A stretch of 64,000 nt of DNA, from NCBI GenBank assembly GCA_963783305.1, contig CAWAMW010000016.1:416001-480000 (forward strand). The letters are read 5' to 3'. A program made the position numbers and the translations under genes. How positions within the stretch are numbered: the stretch's first letter is position 1; each line of letters opens with the position of its first letter. The notes beneath the pieces are model-generated. The model did not search any database. It was not told the origin of the DNA and worked only from the letters and a program-made list of their open reading frames with translations. This document shows, piece after piece, positions 1 to 8,454 of this stretch. The DNA comes from an uncultured Gemmatimonadales bacterium. GTDB taxonomy: Bacteria; Gemmatimonadota; Gemmatimonadetes; Longimicrobiales; RSA9.

Positions 1-2
1 CG

Positions 3-638
3 TCCTCCTCCATGGAGAGGACACTGCTGGTGGGGGACTTCCTGGTCCTGAGCAAGGCGGCCTACGGCGCGCATATCCCCTTCACGGACGCGCGGCTACC
101 GGGGTACACCGATCTGGACCGGGGGGACGTGGTCGTCTTCCGGCCGCCTCACGACCCGGGCCTCGATGTGGTGAAGCGTGTGATCGGGATGCCCGGGGAC
201 ACGCTGCACATGGAGGACAAGGCCCTGTACATCAACGGCGTCCAGCAGGACGAGCCGTACACCCGCCATAGTGACGCGGATGGCGACGTGGCGCACCCGT
301 GGATGCGCTGGCAGTGCGGCGAGAGGGTGGCGTTGAGCCCCGACATCTCGGGGGCGTTCCGGGTACCGAAAGAGGGGTACAGCGGCAGCGGGCCAGGAGC
401 GGCCTGCAGCCCCACTCGCGATGACTGGGGCCCGCTGGTCGTGCCGGAGGGCCACTACTTCATGATGGGCGACAACCGCGACGACAGCGTCGACTCCCGT
501 TACTGGGGCTTCCTGGACGGCCAGCGGATCCGGGGCGAAGTGCTCGTGATCTACTACTCGTACGACCCGGAGCTGCTGCGGCCGCTGGCCTTCCTCCGCA
601 ACGTGCGCGCACAGCGAATCGGCGACCTGGTGCGCTGA
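3..638 (+). CDS. lepB: Signal peptidase I (5' end truncated by window edge)
   Basis: Frame is open to the window start (SSSMERTLLVGDFL, catalytic Ser region); VVKRVIGMPGD catalytic Lys box; GDNRDDSVDSRYWG box. Confidence 0.93.
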   Translation, partial: SSSMERTLLVGDFLVLSKAAYGAHIPFTDARLPGYTDLDRGDVVVFRPPHDPGLDVVKRVIGMPGDTLHMEDKALYINGVQQDEPYTRHSDADGDVAHPWMRWQCGERVALSPDISGAFRVPKEGYSGSGPGAACSPTRDDWGPLVVPEGHYFMMGDNRDDSVDSRYWGFLDGQRIRGEVLVIYYSYDPELLRPLAFLRNVRAQRIGDLVR

Positions 639-669
639 CGCACGCTCGCCGGGCGACGGGATCGGTCCG

Positions 670-1059
670 TCAGAACATACGCCGCAGCGTATAGCCGGCG
701 AAAAAGGCCACGGCCACCGAAGCCAGCGGATGGCGCCGGACCGTGGTCTCCAGGTCTGAGCGCATCTCGTCGATCTCCCGCGTCCGGACGTAGTCGGCGG
801 CATGCTGGATCCCCTCGGCCGCGTTGTCGGTCAGCGGGCGCGTTGGACCGAGGAACCGGTTCCGCGCGGCGGCCCGCTCTCCCAGCTCGCGGACCCGGAC
901 CGCGGCCTCATCGAGCCGGCCACCCGCAGCGCGCCGGGCGCGGTCGAGGGCGCTGCGGTCGGAGGGAAGCGTCCCGGGATCGCCCATGGCGGGCTCCCGG
1001 CGAGTCTCGCTCTCGATCGGATCGGGGATCTCGTGATCGTGGTTCGGATGCTCGGTCAT
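670..1059 (-). CDS. Tail-anchored small protein, ElaB/YqjD (DUF883)-like
   Basis: ATG at 1059 overlaps the upstream stop (ATGA); C-terminus VRRHPLASVAVAFFAGYTLRRMF is typical of the family. Confidence 0.65.
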   Translation of the reverse strand: MTEHPNHDHEIPDPIESETRREPAMGDPGTLPSDRSALDRARRAAGGRLDEAAVRVRELGERAAARNRFLGPTRPLTDNAAEGIQHAADYVRTREIDEMRSDLETTVRRHPLASVAVAFFAGYTLRRMF

Positions 1060-1556
1060 GCCCGCTCCTTCTTCAGCCCGTGCTTGAAATCGTCCATCTC
1101 GCGCTCCGCCCATTCCTTGTCCGCGCGGAGCGACCCGGTCGTCTCCGTAGGGGCGAAGCCCCCCTTGCGGAGGTCCCGCGCCCCTTTCCATGCGGCGAGC
1201 GCGCCGATGAGGAACAGGATGCCGCCCGTGATGAGGGTGCCGAGCCAGTAGGACCCGAGCAGGGCCCCCAGCCCGAGGGCCAGGGCCAACACCAGGCACA
1301 GCCCGCCCACGGCGATGATCGCCACGCCGGCTCCGATCCACGCGCTGTCTACGACCACCCGCTTGGCGGTGCGTACGGCCTCCGCCTTCGCCAGCTGGAT
1401 CTCCTGCTGGACGAGCGTGCGGGTGTCATCCGCAAGCTCCCGCAGGAGCGGGATGATCCCCATCCCATCGCCCGCGCCGTTCGCCGGCGGGAGCTGGTGG
1501 TCGGGGTCCAACCGGCGCTGCCGGTCGGCCGCTTCTCTGCTGTCGGTGACTGCCAT
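1056..1556 (-). CDS. Phage-holin-like/YqjE (DUF1469-type) membrane protein
   Basis: LLRELADDTRTLVQQEIQLAKAE followed by two TM helices and APTETTGSLRADKEW. Confidence 0.8.
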   Translation of the reverse strand: MAVTDSREAADRQRRLDPDHQLPPANGAGDGMGIIPLLRELADDTRTLVQQEIQLAKAEAVRTAKRVVVDSAWIGAGVAIIAVGGLCLVLALALGLGALLGSYWLGTLITGGILFLIGALAAWKGARDLRKGGFAPTETTGSLRADKEWAEREMDDFKHGLKKERA

Positions 1557-1603
1557 GTCCGTCTTCCTCTACCTCGTCCTCCGCCCGTGACGACTCGGAG
1601 ACG

Positions 1604-1619
1604 TGCAATGGATGTGCCG
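1604..1619 (-). promoter_or_regulatory. Putative sigma54 (-24/-12) promoter for the holin-like/DUF883 pair
   Basis: Minus strand CGGCACATCCATTGCA has GG-N10-GC and is near the TGGCAC-N5-TTGC consensus. Confidence 0.6.
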
Positions 1620-1630
1620 GGCGTCGGCGC

Positions 1631-1646
1631 CGGCGGAGTTCTTGCA
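1631..1646 (+). promoter_or_regulatory. Putative sigma54 promoter for the DUF3618 gene
   Basis: CGGCGGAGTTCTTGCA has GG-N10-GC with TTGCA. Confidence 0.45.
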
Positions 1647-1707
1647 CCCTACGCATGCGGCACGATAGGATCGAGAGAGTAGCCCATACCGACCCTGGCG
1701 ATCAACC

Positions 1708-2154
1708 ATGTCGAAACCCGACGAAACCAAGCTGCCGGCAACGCCGACCACGGAGCGCGCCCTTCCGCCGGAGGGCGGGACGACTTCCACGTCCCGGACG
1801 GCACCCGTGGCCGTGCCCGCTCCAGCGTCGCTGGAATCCGACCGGAAGGTGGAGCCCGCGCGAGCGACCCCGGAGCGGTCCCCGACCCGGGCGCATCCCG
1901 GTGGCAACGGCCGCCCGGGCGACCCCGCGGAGCTGCGGCGGGACATCGCGGAGACCCGGGCTCGGATGTCCAGCACGCTGGACGTGCTGGAGACGCGGGT
2001 CGCTCAGGAGCGCGCGTCGCTGGAGCGGAAGAAGACGGAGATGATGGAGATGGCGACGCTCAAGCCCCTGCGGGAGAAGCTCTCCCGGGAGCCGTGGCGA
2101 TCGATGGCCATCGCCTTCGTGGCGGGCTACGTCGTGGCCGCCATCCGGGACTGA
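1708..2154 (+). CDS. DUF3618-like protein with C-terminal anchor
   Basis: DPAELRRDIAETRARMSSTLDVLETRV motif; C-terminal EPWRSMAIAFVAGYVVA. Confidence 0.7.
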   Translation: MSKPDETKLPATPTTERALPPEGGTTSTSRTAPVAVPAPASLESDRKVEPARATPERSPTRAHPGGNGRPGDPAELRRDIAETRARMSSTLDVLETRVAQERASLERKKTEMMEMATLKPLREKLSREPWRSMAIAFVAGYVVAAIRD

Positions 2155-2178
2155 CCGAGCGGACCTTTGAGGGCGGGT

Positions 2179-2682
2179 CTAGTCCTCGTGGTCGCGTCCG
2201 AGCATCAGCCAGCCCAGCAGGAGCAACGGCAGCAGCACCAGCGTGGCGAGCAGATAGGGGCGGTCGAGGAGGGTCGTAGGGACCACCGCCGAGCTGAACG
2301 ACAGCGAGCCCGCGTCCCCCACTTCCACCGTGAACTCCCAGTCCCCCGACTCCTCCACATCGAATTTGGCCGCCTGAAACAGCTTGTTGGTGGCTTCCGC
2401 CCGCGTCGCACGCTTCCGGACGGGCTCCGCGGTCGCGTCCCCCTCGAGCTCGATCGGCCGCGCCTCCACCATTACCCATGGCGTCAGCACCGCACCCGCC
2501 GAATCCTGTACCATTACGCTCACGTCCAGCTCCCCCGTCCGCAGCGGCGTGGGGCTGGAGTAGATCGTCACCGTGTACGGCCCCAGCACGGCGTTGGAGA
2601 TCCGGACCGTCCCACCATTCCCGCGCAGCGGCGGCGCGACCAGCAGGACGAGCAGCAGCAGGACGGAAAAGGCGCGCGTCAT
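2179..2682 (-). CDS. Exported, C-terminally anchored YtkA/FixH-like protein
   Basis: Signal peptide, beta-rich domain (YSSPTPLRTG...SGDWEFTVEV), C-terminal TM; in an operon with ctaG. Confidence 0.55.
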   Translation of the reverse strand: MTRAFSVLLLLVLLVAPPLRGNGGTVRISNAVLGPYTVTIYSSPTPLRTGELDVSVMVQDSAGAVLTPWVMVEARPIELEGDATAEPVRKRATRAEATNKLFQAAKFDVEESGDWEFTVEVGDAGSLSFSSAVVPTTLLDRPYLLATLVLLPLLLLGWLMLGRDHED

Positions 2683-2692
2683 GAGCCGCGTC

Positions 2693-3583
2693 TCACGTGC
2701 CGCTTCCCGCCGTCACCGGACGAGTGCCCCGTCCGTGCACCACCTCCGGGATCCACACATCGCCCTCGTCCTCGCGCATCATCATGAGCACCAGCACGAG
2801 GAGCGGGATGATGTAGAGGAGCCCTCCAATGACCCACATGAGGAGGCCCCCGAGCTGCTGGTCCCCGAGGGGTGAGAGGCCCCAGAGGCTGGGAGAGTCC
2901 AGGAACGTGCGGTAGAAGGGCTCGGAGCTCAGCGTGAGCGCCGCCCCGAGCACAAACCCGGCGATCTTTGCGGGGAAGATGTAGAGGATCCCGGCGCCGT
3001 AGCTCAGGCGGCGGCTGCCTCCGCTCGGGTGGATGACCGGCCACCAGAAGAGGAGCGCCATGCCCAGGAACATGGCGTGCTCCAGGTCGTGGATCCAGTT
3101 GCGGCCCTGAGCCGCGTCATACAGCGGCGGGTAGTGCCAGATGAAGAGGACGAGGATGTAGATCGTCAGCGCCACGCCCGCTCGGGTGAGGAAATGGAAG
3201 ACCCGGTGGACAGGGTTCCGCTCGTGGAACATGCGCCCGAGTCGCCGCCGCGCGCCGCGGTCGAATGCCCAGAGTGTGGGGAGGAGCGGGGCCCCCAGCC
3301 AGATGAGGGGCGCGGCCACCATGATCAGCAGCAGATGCTGCGCCATGTGCATGAAGAAGAAGATCGAGTCGAACGTGCCGATGGGAGAGAGCAGCGCGAC
3401 CGCCACGGCTGCGAGCCCCGCCCCGAAGCACCACGCCCGCCACGTCCTCAGGATCCTGCCGCCACGCCCCCGACGTCGCAGCCGGCGCCAGCCGCGGGCG
3501 TAGAGCCCCCCTGCCACGAGAAGGCCGATAATGACCGTCGGCTCGAACTCCCACGACAACAGGAACGCCTGAAGATCACCCAC
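2693..3583 (-). CDS. ctaG: Cytochrome c oxidase assembly factor, caa3-type CtaG family
   Basis: HMAQHLLLIMVAAPLI, WHYPPLYDAA, HDLEH, DQQLGGLLMW motifs. Confidence 0.88.
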   Translation of the reverse strand: MGDLQAFLLSWEFEPTVIIGLLVAGGLYARGWRRLRRRGRGGRILRTWRAWCFGAGLAAVAVALLSPIGTFDSIFFFMHMAQHLLLIMVAAPLIWLGAPLLPTLWAFDRGARRRLGRMFHERNPVHRVFHFLTRAGVALTIYILVLFIWHYPPLYDAAQGRNWIHDLEHAMFLGMALLFWWPVIHPSGGSRRLSYGAGILYIFPAKIAGFVLGAALTLSSEPFYRTFLDSPSLWGLSPLGDQQLGGLLMWVIGGLLYIIPLLVLVLMMMREDEGDVWIPEVVHGRGTRPVTAGSGT

Positions 3584-5171
3584 CGTCCTGCCCCCGATGC
3601 TCGCTGTGAGGGTCTATCTCCATCGGCATATCCATCCCCGGCATCTCCATCCCCGGCATATCCATTCCCGGCATCTCCATCCCTGGCATCTCCAGCGTGC
3701 CTCTCATGTCCATCGGCTGCGCCATGATCCAGCCGCCCAGCAGCCCCAGCCCCACCGCCAGTGTCGCCCACGGCACGAACGCGAGCCGGGCCGGCCGACG
3801 CCCCTGGAACGTCGCGCGGGAAATGTAATGGAGGAGGATCAGCGACCCCAGCACTCCGGCCTCCAGCACCACCAGCTCGAGCGGGAGCAGCCACCCGGCA
3901 GGGACGATGGCCGCCATGGTCCAGTCGGGCGCGCCGCCGGCGATCCCCACGTCGATGGCGACCCTGTGGAGGGTCGGCACGAGGTTGAGCCCGGCCGCGA
4001 GGAAGTGGAAGGCGTAGTGGGCGAGCCACATGCCGAACCCGAGCGGCACCAGCCCGAAGCCCATCCGGAGGAGGACCTCCCGGCCGGGTAGGGAGGTGCG
4101 GGCGAGTCGGCGGCTGGCGGCCGTCGTCAGGAAGAGGAGGAGCCCGGGAACGACCCCCAGGGCCACGACGAGGAAGACCGTCCACGTCACCCGCTCGCTC
4201 CCGATGCCGAGTGTTGCCCCGAGTCCCGCCTGGAGTCGCACCATGGGCCCGATCATCCCGGCCGCGTTCACGAACGCTCCGAACACCACGACCATGGCCA
4301 GCGCCAGGAGGTCGGGGCGGTCGGTGAATCGACCGATGCCCGAGCGCATCGGGTCCCCGACGAGCTCCGCTCCCGGCCAGCGAGCGACGATCCCCACATT
4401 GTCGTAGGGGCACGCCTGCACGCAGTCGAGACAGAAGGTGCAGTCCATGTTCCCGGCCTTCCGGGGCTGGAAGAGCCAGAGCTCGCACCCGTTCTGCACG
4501 AGCCGCGGCTCCCCCGTCCGCGGATCGATCTCGTGCCGGCCGGCGATGCAGTCCTTGGTCTCGCACGCCTCGCATACCGCCACGTCCCGAACGCGCACCT
4601 CCCCCGGCGAGGCGAGAGATTGGGTGAAATTGAACGCGCCGATCGGGCATACGTGCTTGCAGAACGCGGCGCCCTGGAACACCCCGTCGATGGCGAATGC
4701 CGCCGTGAAGTAGGCGACCACGATCCACGCGGTGAGCCACGGGCTGTTCCACAGATCGAACGCCTCATAGGCCCAGAAGAAGAGGACGAGGAGTCCCAGC
4801 GACAGCCACTTCGTCTTCAGCCATGCCGGCCATGAGCGGTCGGCGGGGAACAGCTTCCTGGCCAGGCGGCGCGGGAGCATGAACGGACACGCCATGCAGA
4901 ACAGGTTCCCCACCAGCAGCAGCGCCAGCACGACGAGACCGCGCCACTGCACCCACGGCGCGACCCCGGCCGCGTTCTGCGGTGCCAGGTTGGGGCCGAA
5001 CAGGCCGTCGGCGATGATGATGGCCGACAGCAGCAGGAGCGGGACCTGGAGGGTGGTGCGTGCGTGCTTCCAGCGAAGGAATCGGCCGAGGACGGGCGCG
5101 CGAGTCAGGTCCCCGCGGGGCGCGGGTGTCGCGTGGTAGATCGGCAGTTCACGTCGGGCGGTGCTGGGCAT
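3576..5171 (-). CDS. Polytopic membrane protein with 4Fe-4S ferredoxin motifs (NapH/FixG/NosR-like) and a Met-rich C-terminal tail
   Basis: FCMACP, FCKHVCP, CEACETKDC, CTFCLDCVQACP; many TM helices; (MEMPG/MDMPG)n tail. Confidence 0.8.
   Translation of the reverse strand: MPSTARRELPIYHATPAPRGDLTRAPVLGRFLRWKHARTTLQVPLLLLSAIIIADGLFGPNLAPQNAAGVAPWVQWRGLVVLALLLVGNLFCMACPFMLPRRLARKLFPADRSWPAWLKTKWLSLGLLVLFFWAYEAFDLWNSPWLTAWIVVAYFTAAFAIDGVFQGAAFCKHVCPIGAFNFTQSLASPGEVRVRDVAVCEACETKDCIAGRHEIDPRTGEPRLVQNGCELWLFQPRKAGNMDCTFCLDCVQACPYDNVGIVARWPGAELVGDPMRSGIGRFTDRPDLLALAMVVVFGAFVNAAGMIGPMVRLQAGLGATLGIGSERVTWTVFLVVALGVVPGLLLFLTTAASRRLARTSLPGREVLLRMGFGLVPLGFGMWLAHYAFHFLAAGLNLVPTLHRVAIDVGIAGGAPDWTMAAIVPAGWLLPLELVVLEAGVLGSLILLHYISRATFQGRRPARLAFVPWATLAVGLGLLGGWIMAQPMDMRGTLEMPGMEMPGMDMPGMEMPGMDMPMEIDPHSEHRGQDGG
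3625..3694 (-). repeat. In-frame 15-bp tandem repeat (about 4.7 copies) encoding M[ED]MPG
   Basis: ggcatatccatcccc/ggcatctccatcccc units read directly. Confidence 0.9.
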
Positions 5172-5258
5172 CAGGCCCGGAAGGTAGCGCTCCGAGGGGT
5201 CGGCGTGAAGGCGGTGGCGGCGCTTGAGGCGGCGTGGTCATGGGCGGGCCGAACGCTG

Positions 5259-6689
5259 TCACCAGACGCGGTGGGTCACCACGGTGGTGCGTCCGACCTT
5301 CACGGTCACGGGGCCCAGCGTTGCCGCGCGGGCACCGTCCACTTCGATCTCCAGGTCGTGCGATCCCGCCGGGAGCCGGAGCCGGACCATGGCGACGGAG
5401 CCCGGAAGCAGGTGCCACGACCGGGTGTCGGCGCGCTCCGTGAGCGCGGTGCCCAGGTTCGCCAGCCATCCCACGACGTGCCCCGCCGTCTCGTCCTTTT
5501 CGCTCACCGCGCTTTTCGCCCCCGCCGTAAACGCCAGCTTGGAAGCGGCGCGGACAACGGTTCGCGCGAGCATCGCGCCCCGCTCCCCATCGAAATCGCG
5601 GCGCACGGCGTCCGCCACATCGAGGCGGGCCGTCGCGCCGGCGCCGCTGTCCGCCGCTGCACCGGCCGGGCCACCCTTCCGGACGTGCACGGCGCCGCCG
5701 GGCGGCGAGTCCTGGTAGAGCACGGGCCAGGAGATCCGGAGCAGGTAGGGGTCGGAGTCGTCGTCGTCGTTCCGGTTGCACCCGTAGCGGCAGTCCCACG
5801 GGTCCAGCCGCGTCTCGCTGCGCCAGCCGTAGTCGTGGTAGTACGGGCTCCGCCCACCGCTGCTCGCGGCGAGGAGGATTCGGGCTGCAGCCTCCGCGGC
5901 GGCTGCGGTCTTCTCCGCCGCGTCGCCTTCCGCCAGCTTGCTCACCTGCCACGCCGGAAGAACCACCACCACCGATTGCTCCACCCGGTGCGGCACGAAC
6001 CCTCGCTCCACGAGCACCAGCACCTCACCCGTCTCGTCCGCCGCATCGGAGCCGGGGACCGGAGCCGGGATTCCCGCTCGACGGTAGGCCACGTCCGCCG
6101 CGTCCGCATACCCGGCGGCCTCGAATACGGCGGCGTCGAAGAGGTGGAAGAATCGCGCATCGCTGGAGACCGTGGCGCCGTCCCCGGCCTCCCCGAGGCG
6201 ATCCAGGAGCGCCTCGAGCCGGCGGGCCTCGACGGCGGCGGCGTCGTTGTGGCCGGCCTGCAGAAACCCCACGGCCGCGGTGTAATGGATCATGAGCCGC
6301 TCGGTCCGGCTCGGCGTGTAGGCCAGGGCCCGATCCGAAGTGATCATGCTCAGGACCTGCTGCGACACGCTGACCGTGACGCGATCCTCCGCCAGGTAGG
6401 AGGCGAGGTCGAGGAGGTGACAGCTTTCGGTGTACGCCCCCGCGTAGCGGCCGGCCGTGGCTGCATAAAGGAGGCGGAGCAGGTCGTCCTGGGGGATCGC
6501 GCGCTGCCCCTCCAGCACCGAACCGTACGCCTTGTCGGGCTCGTAGGCGAGCTCCCGCCGGAGCGCGTCCTCGTCCGCCGGCAGTCCGCTTGGCGCCAGG
6601 TCGTAGCCGTCGAATACGGCGGCACAGCCGGACAGCGACAGGGCCGCGGCGAGAACCGCGACCCCGACCGCACCCTTCATCCGCAACAT
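5259..6689 (-). CDS. Lipoprotein, COG3014-like
   Basis: GGAG RBS and ATG at 6689; lipobox LSLSGC; AAVEARR and ERADTRSWHLLP motifs. Confidence 0.75.
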   Translation of the reverse strand: MLRMKGAVGVAVLAAALSLSGCAAVFDGYDLAPSGLPADEDALRRELAYEPDKAYGSVLEGQRAIPQDDLLRLLYAATAGRYAGAYTESCHLLDLASYLAEDRVTVSVSQQVLSMITSDRALAYTPSRTERLMIHYTAAVGFLQAGHNDAAAVEARRLEALLDRLGEAGDGATVSSDARFFHLFDAAVFEAAGYADAADVAYRRAGIPAPVPGSDAADETGEVLVLVERGFVPHRVEQSVVVVLPAWQVSKLAEGDAAEKTAAAAEAAARILLAASSGGRSPYYHDYGWRSETRLDPWDCRYGCNRNDDDDSDPYLLRISWPVLYQDSPPGGAVHVRKGGPAGAAADSGAGATARLDVADAVRRDFDGERGAMLARTVVRAASKLAFTAGAKSAVSEKDETAGHVVGWLANLGTALTERADTRSWHLLPGSVAMVRLRLPAGSHDLEIEVDGARAATLGPVTVKVGRTTVVTHRVW

Positions 6690-6699
6690 GGTCGCTCCG

Positions 6700-7497
6700 T
6701 CAGCGTCGATCGAGCACCACGATCCGTTCCTTCGCATACGCGATGGCGTCAGCCATCTTGGCATACGCATCGCCATACGCCTCGATCTTTTCAAGCTCCA
6801 GCTGGTGCAGGAAGCGCTTGTACTGGATCACCGCCTCGATCGGGCGGAGCTGCTTGTCCAGGGTGGTCGCCACGCGGTACGCGATCACCGGGTCGCTCGG
6901 CTTCAGCACCTGCGCCCGGTCGTAGCGATTGAGCGCCATGTCGAACTCGCCCCGCGCCACGTAGTCGTCGCCCTCGCGGAGCAGCATCTCGGCCATGGCC
7001 ACAGCCCGGCCTTCCGTGGTGGCATCGGCGGGCGAGCTCACCACGCGCACGCCCTGCGCTTCGCCGTAGCTGTAGCTCTGCACACGGCCGTCCGCCACCT
7101 GTACCATCACGACCTGACCCACGGCGTCGGTTGGAGCGCGCTGCGGGCTTCGGGGCACCAGGATCGACGCGCCGCCCGAGCGTCTCACGGTCCAGGCATC
7201 GTACGTGGTCCGCGTGGCCGCCAACACCTGCGTCTCGTTCATGCCCAGCGCCAGCTCGCCGCGCGTCACCGCCGCGCAGATCTCACCGGCGCACGTGGCC
7301 ATTGCCTCGGCGGCGATGGAGTCCCGGCTCATCCGGTTGATCACCTGATCACCCGCCGCCACCACCGCGCCCGCGGGGGCCTGCGCCTCCGGGACGCGAT
7401 CGTCGTTGGTCAGGATCGGCTCCTGGTGGATCCGCTTGGGCGCGCACCCGGCCGCCAGCGCCGCCAGTGCCACGATTCCCACTCTGCTCGCGTTCAT
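6700..7497 (-). CDS. Lipoprotein with C-terminal TPR-like repeats
   Basis: Lipobox LAAGC; helical GDDYVARGEFDMALNRYDRAQVLKP repeat. Confidence 0.7.
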   Translation of the reverse strand: MNASRVGIVALAALAAGCAPKRIHQEPILTNDDRVPEAQAPAGAVVAAGDQVINRMSRDSIAAEAMATCAGEICAAVTRGELALGMNETQVLAATRTTYDAWTVRRSGGASILVPRSPQRAPTDAVGQVVMVQVADGRVQSYSYGEAQGVRVVSSPADATTEGRAVAMAEMLLREGDDYVARGEFDMALNRYDRAQVLKPSDPVIAYRVATTLDKQLRPIEAVIQYKRFLHQLELEKIEAYGDAYAKMADAIAYAKERIVVLDRR

Positions 7498-7506
7498 GTC
7501 GTCTCC

Positions 7507-8118
7507 TTACCAGCCGATCCGGGGCCGCTCGATGTACTTCTTGATCTTGTGCTGTCCCGCCCAGACCTTGACGTTGCTCTCCAGGTCCGTGAGCGTCGCG
7601 TCCACCTGGTAGAACACCACCTTCTCCCGGCCCTCCTCGTCCTCGATAGCCGTGATCTCCCCCTGGAACATGTAGTTCGCACCCAGCTCGTAGGCCATCC
7701 GCGCCCGGGTCCCCGCCCGGGCGTTGTCCTGCTGGTCCGTCCGCTCGTCCCGGATCTCCGACCGCTCCTCAGGACTCGCCACCATCGTCACTGCGCCCGA
7801 ATTGATCATCGCCCGCTCCAGGTCCCCGATGAACGCGTTGACCGGGATGTGCTCCATGGTCCGGTTCCGGAACGTGCCCACGATCACCGCCGGGGCCTCG
7901 CCGCCATGCGCCGCTGCGTGCCGCGTCACCCACGGCGCGTTCAGCGACTGGTCGATCAACTCGTTCGCCACCAGCCGCGAATCGGTGTCGTTCCAGCGGC
8001 CAGAGAGGTCGGTAACACTGGTGGGGTCAATGCGCGAGACCTGCTTGGCGCAGCCCCCCAACATGAGGGTGAGGACGGCGAGCGTCATTGCCCCCGTCAC
8101 TCTGCTTGAACGGTACAT
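7507..8118 (-). CDS. lpoB: LpoB-family (CsgG-like fold) lipoprotein, penicillin-binding protein activator family
   Basis: Lipobox [42 protein letters not shown]. Confidence 0.75.
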   Translation of the reverse strand: MYRSSRVTGAMTLAVLTLMLGGCAKQVSRIDPTSVTDLSGRWNDTDSRLVANELIDQSLNAPWVTRHAAAHGGEAPAVIVGTFRNRTMEHIPVNAFIGDLERAMINSGAVTMVASPEERSEIRDERTDQQDNARAGTRARMAYELGANYMFQGEITAIEDEEGREKVVFYQVDATLTDLESNVKVWAGQHKIKKYIERPRIGW

Positions 8119-8186
8119 TGGTTGTGCCTCCGTGATGGGTCCGTGCGGGTTGTACACGGGGGGGTGGGGGAAAGTTCGGGGGGGGG

Positions 8187-8403
8187 GGGTGGCTCGCCGC
8201 TTCGCACTCGCAGGGTGGCTCGCCTTCGGCTCGCAGGGTGGCTCGCGCTTCGCACTCGCAGGGTGGCTCGCCTTCGGCTCGCAGGGTGGCTCGCGCTTCG
8301 CACTCGCAGGGTGGCTCGCCTTCGGCTCGCAGGGTGGCTCGCGCTTCGCACTCGCAGGGTGGCTCGCCTTCGGCTCGCAGGGTGCTCGCGCTTCGCGCTC
8401 GCA
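8187..8403. repeat. Tandem array with 48-bp period built from alternating 25-nt (A) and 23-nt (B) units, 9 units
   Basis: A=GGGTGGCTCGCGCTTCGCACTCGCA, B=GGGTGGCTCGCCTTCGGCTCGCA, order ABABABABA; first and last A units are variants. Confidence 0.95.
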
Positions 8404-8454
8404 GGACCGAAGACTGGCCGAAGACGTTGGCGGCGCGTTAGGTTGGCAGCAGCT

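Noticed and set aside
1056..1556. Prophage (holin annotation)
   Set aside because: No phage genes nearby; the family is a cellular YqjE-like membrane protein
8187..8403. CRISPR array
   Set aside because: Variable parts are only 6-8 nt and themselves repeat; no unique spacers and no cas genes in the window
8122..8454. N-terminal extensions of RuvB (8122) and LpoB (8799) through the repeat
   Set aside because: Open frames arise from the 48-bp period; homology begins at 8455 and 8118
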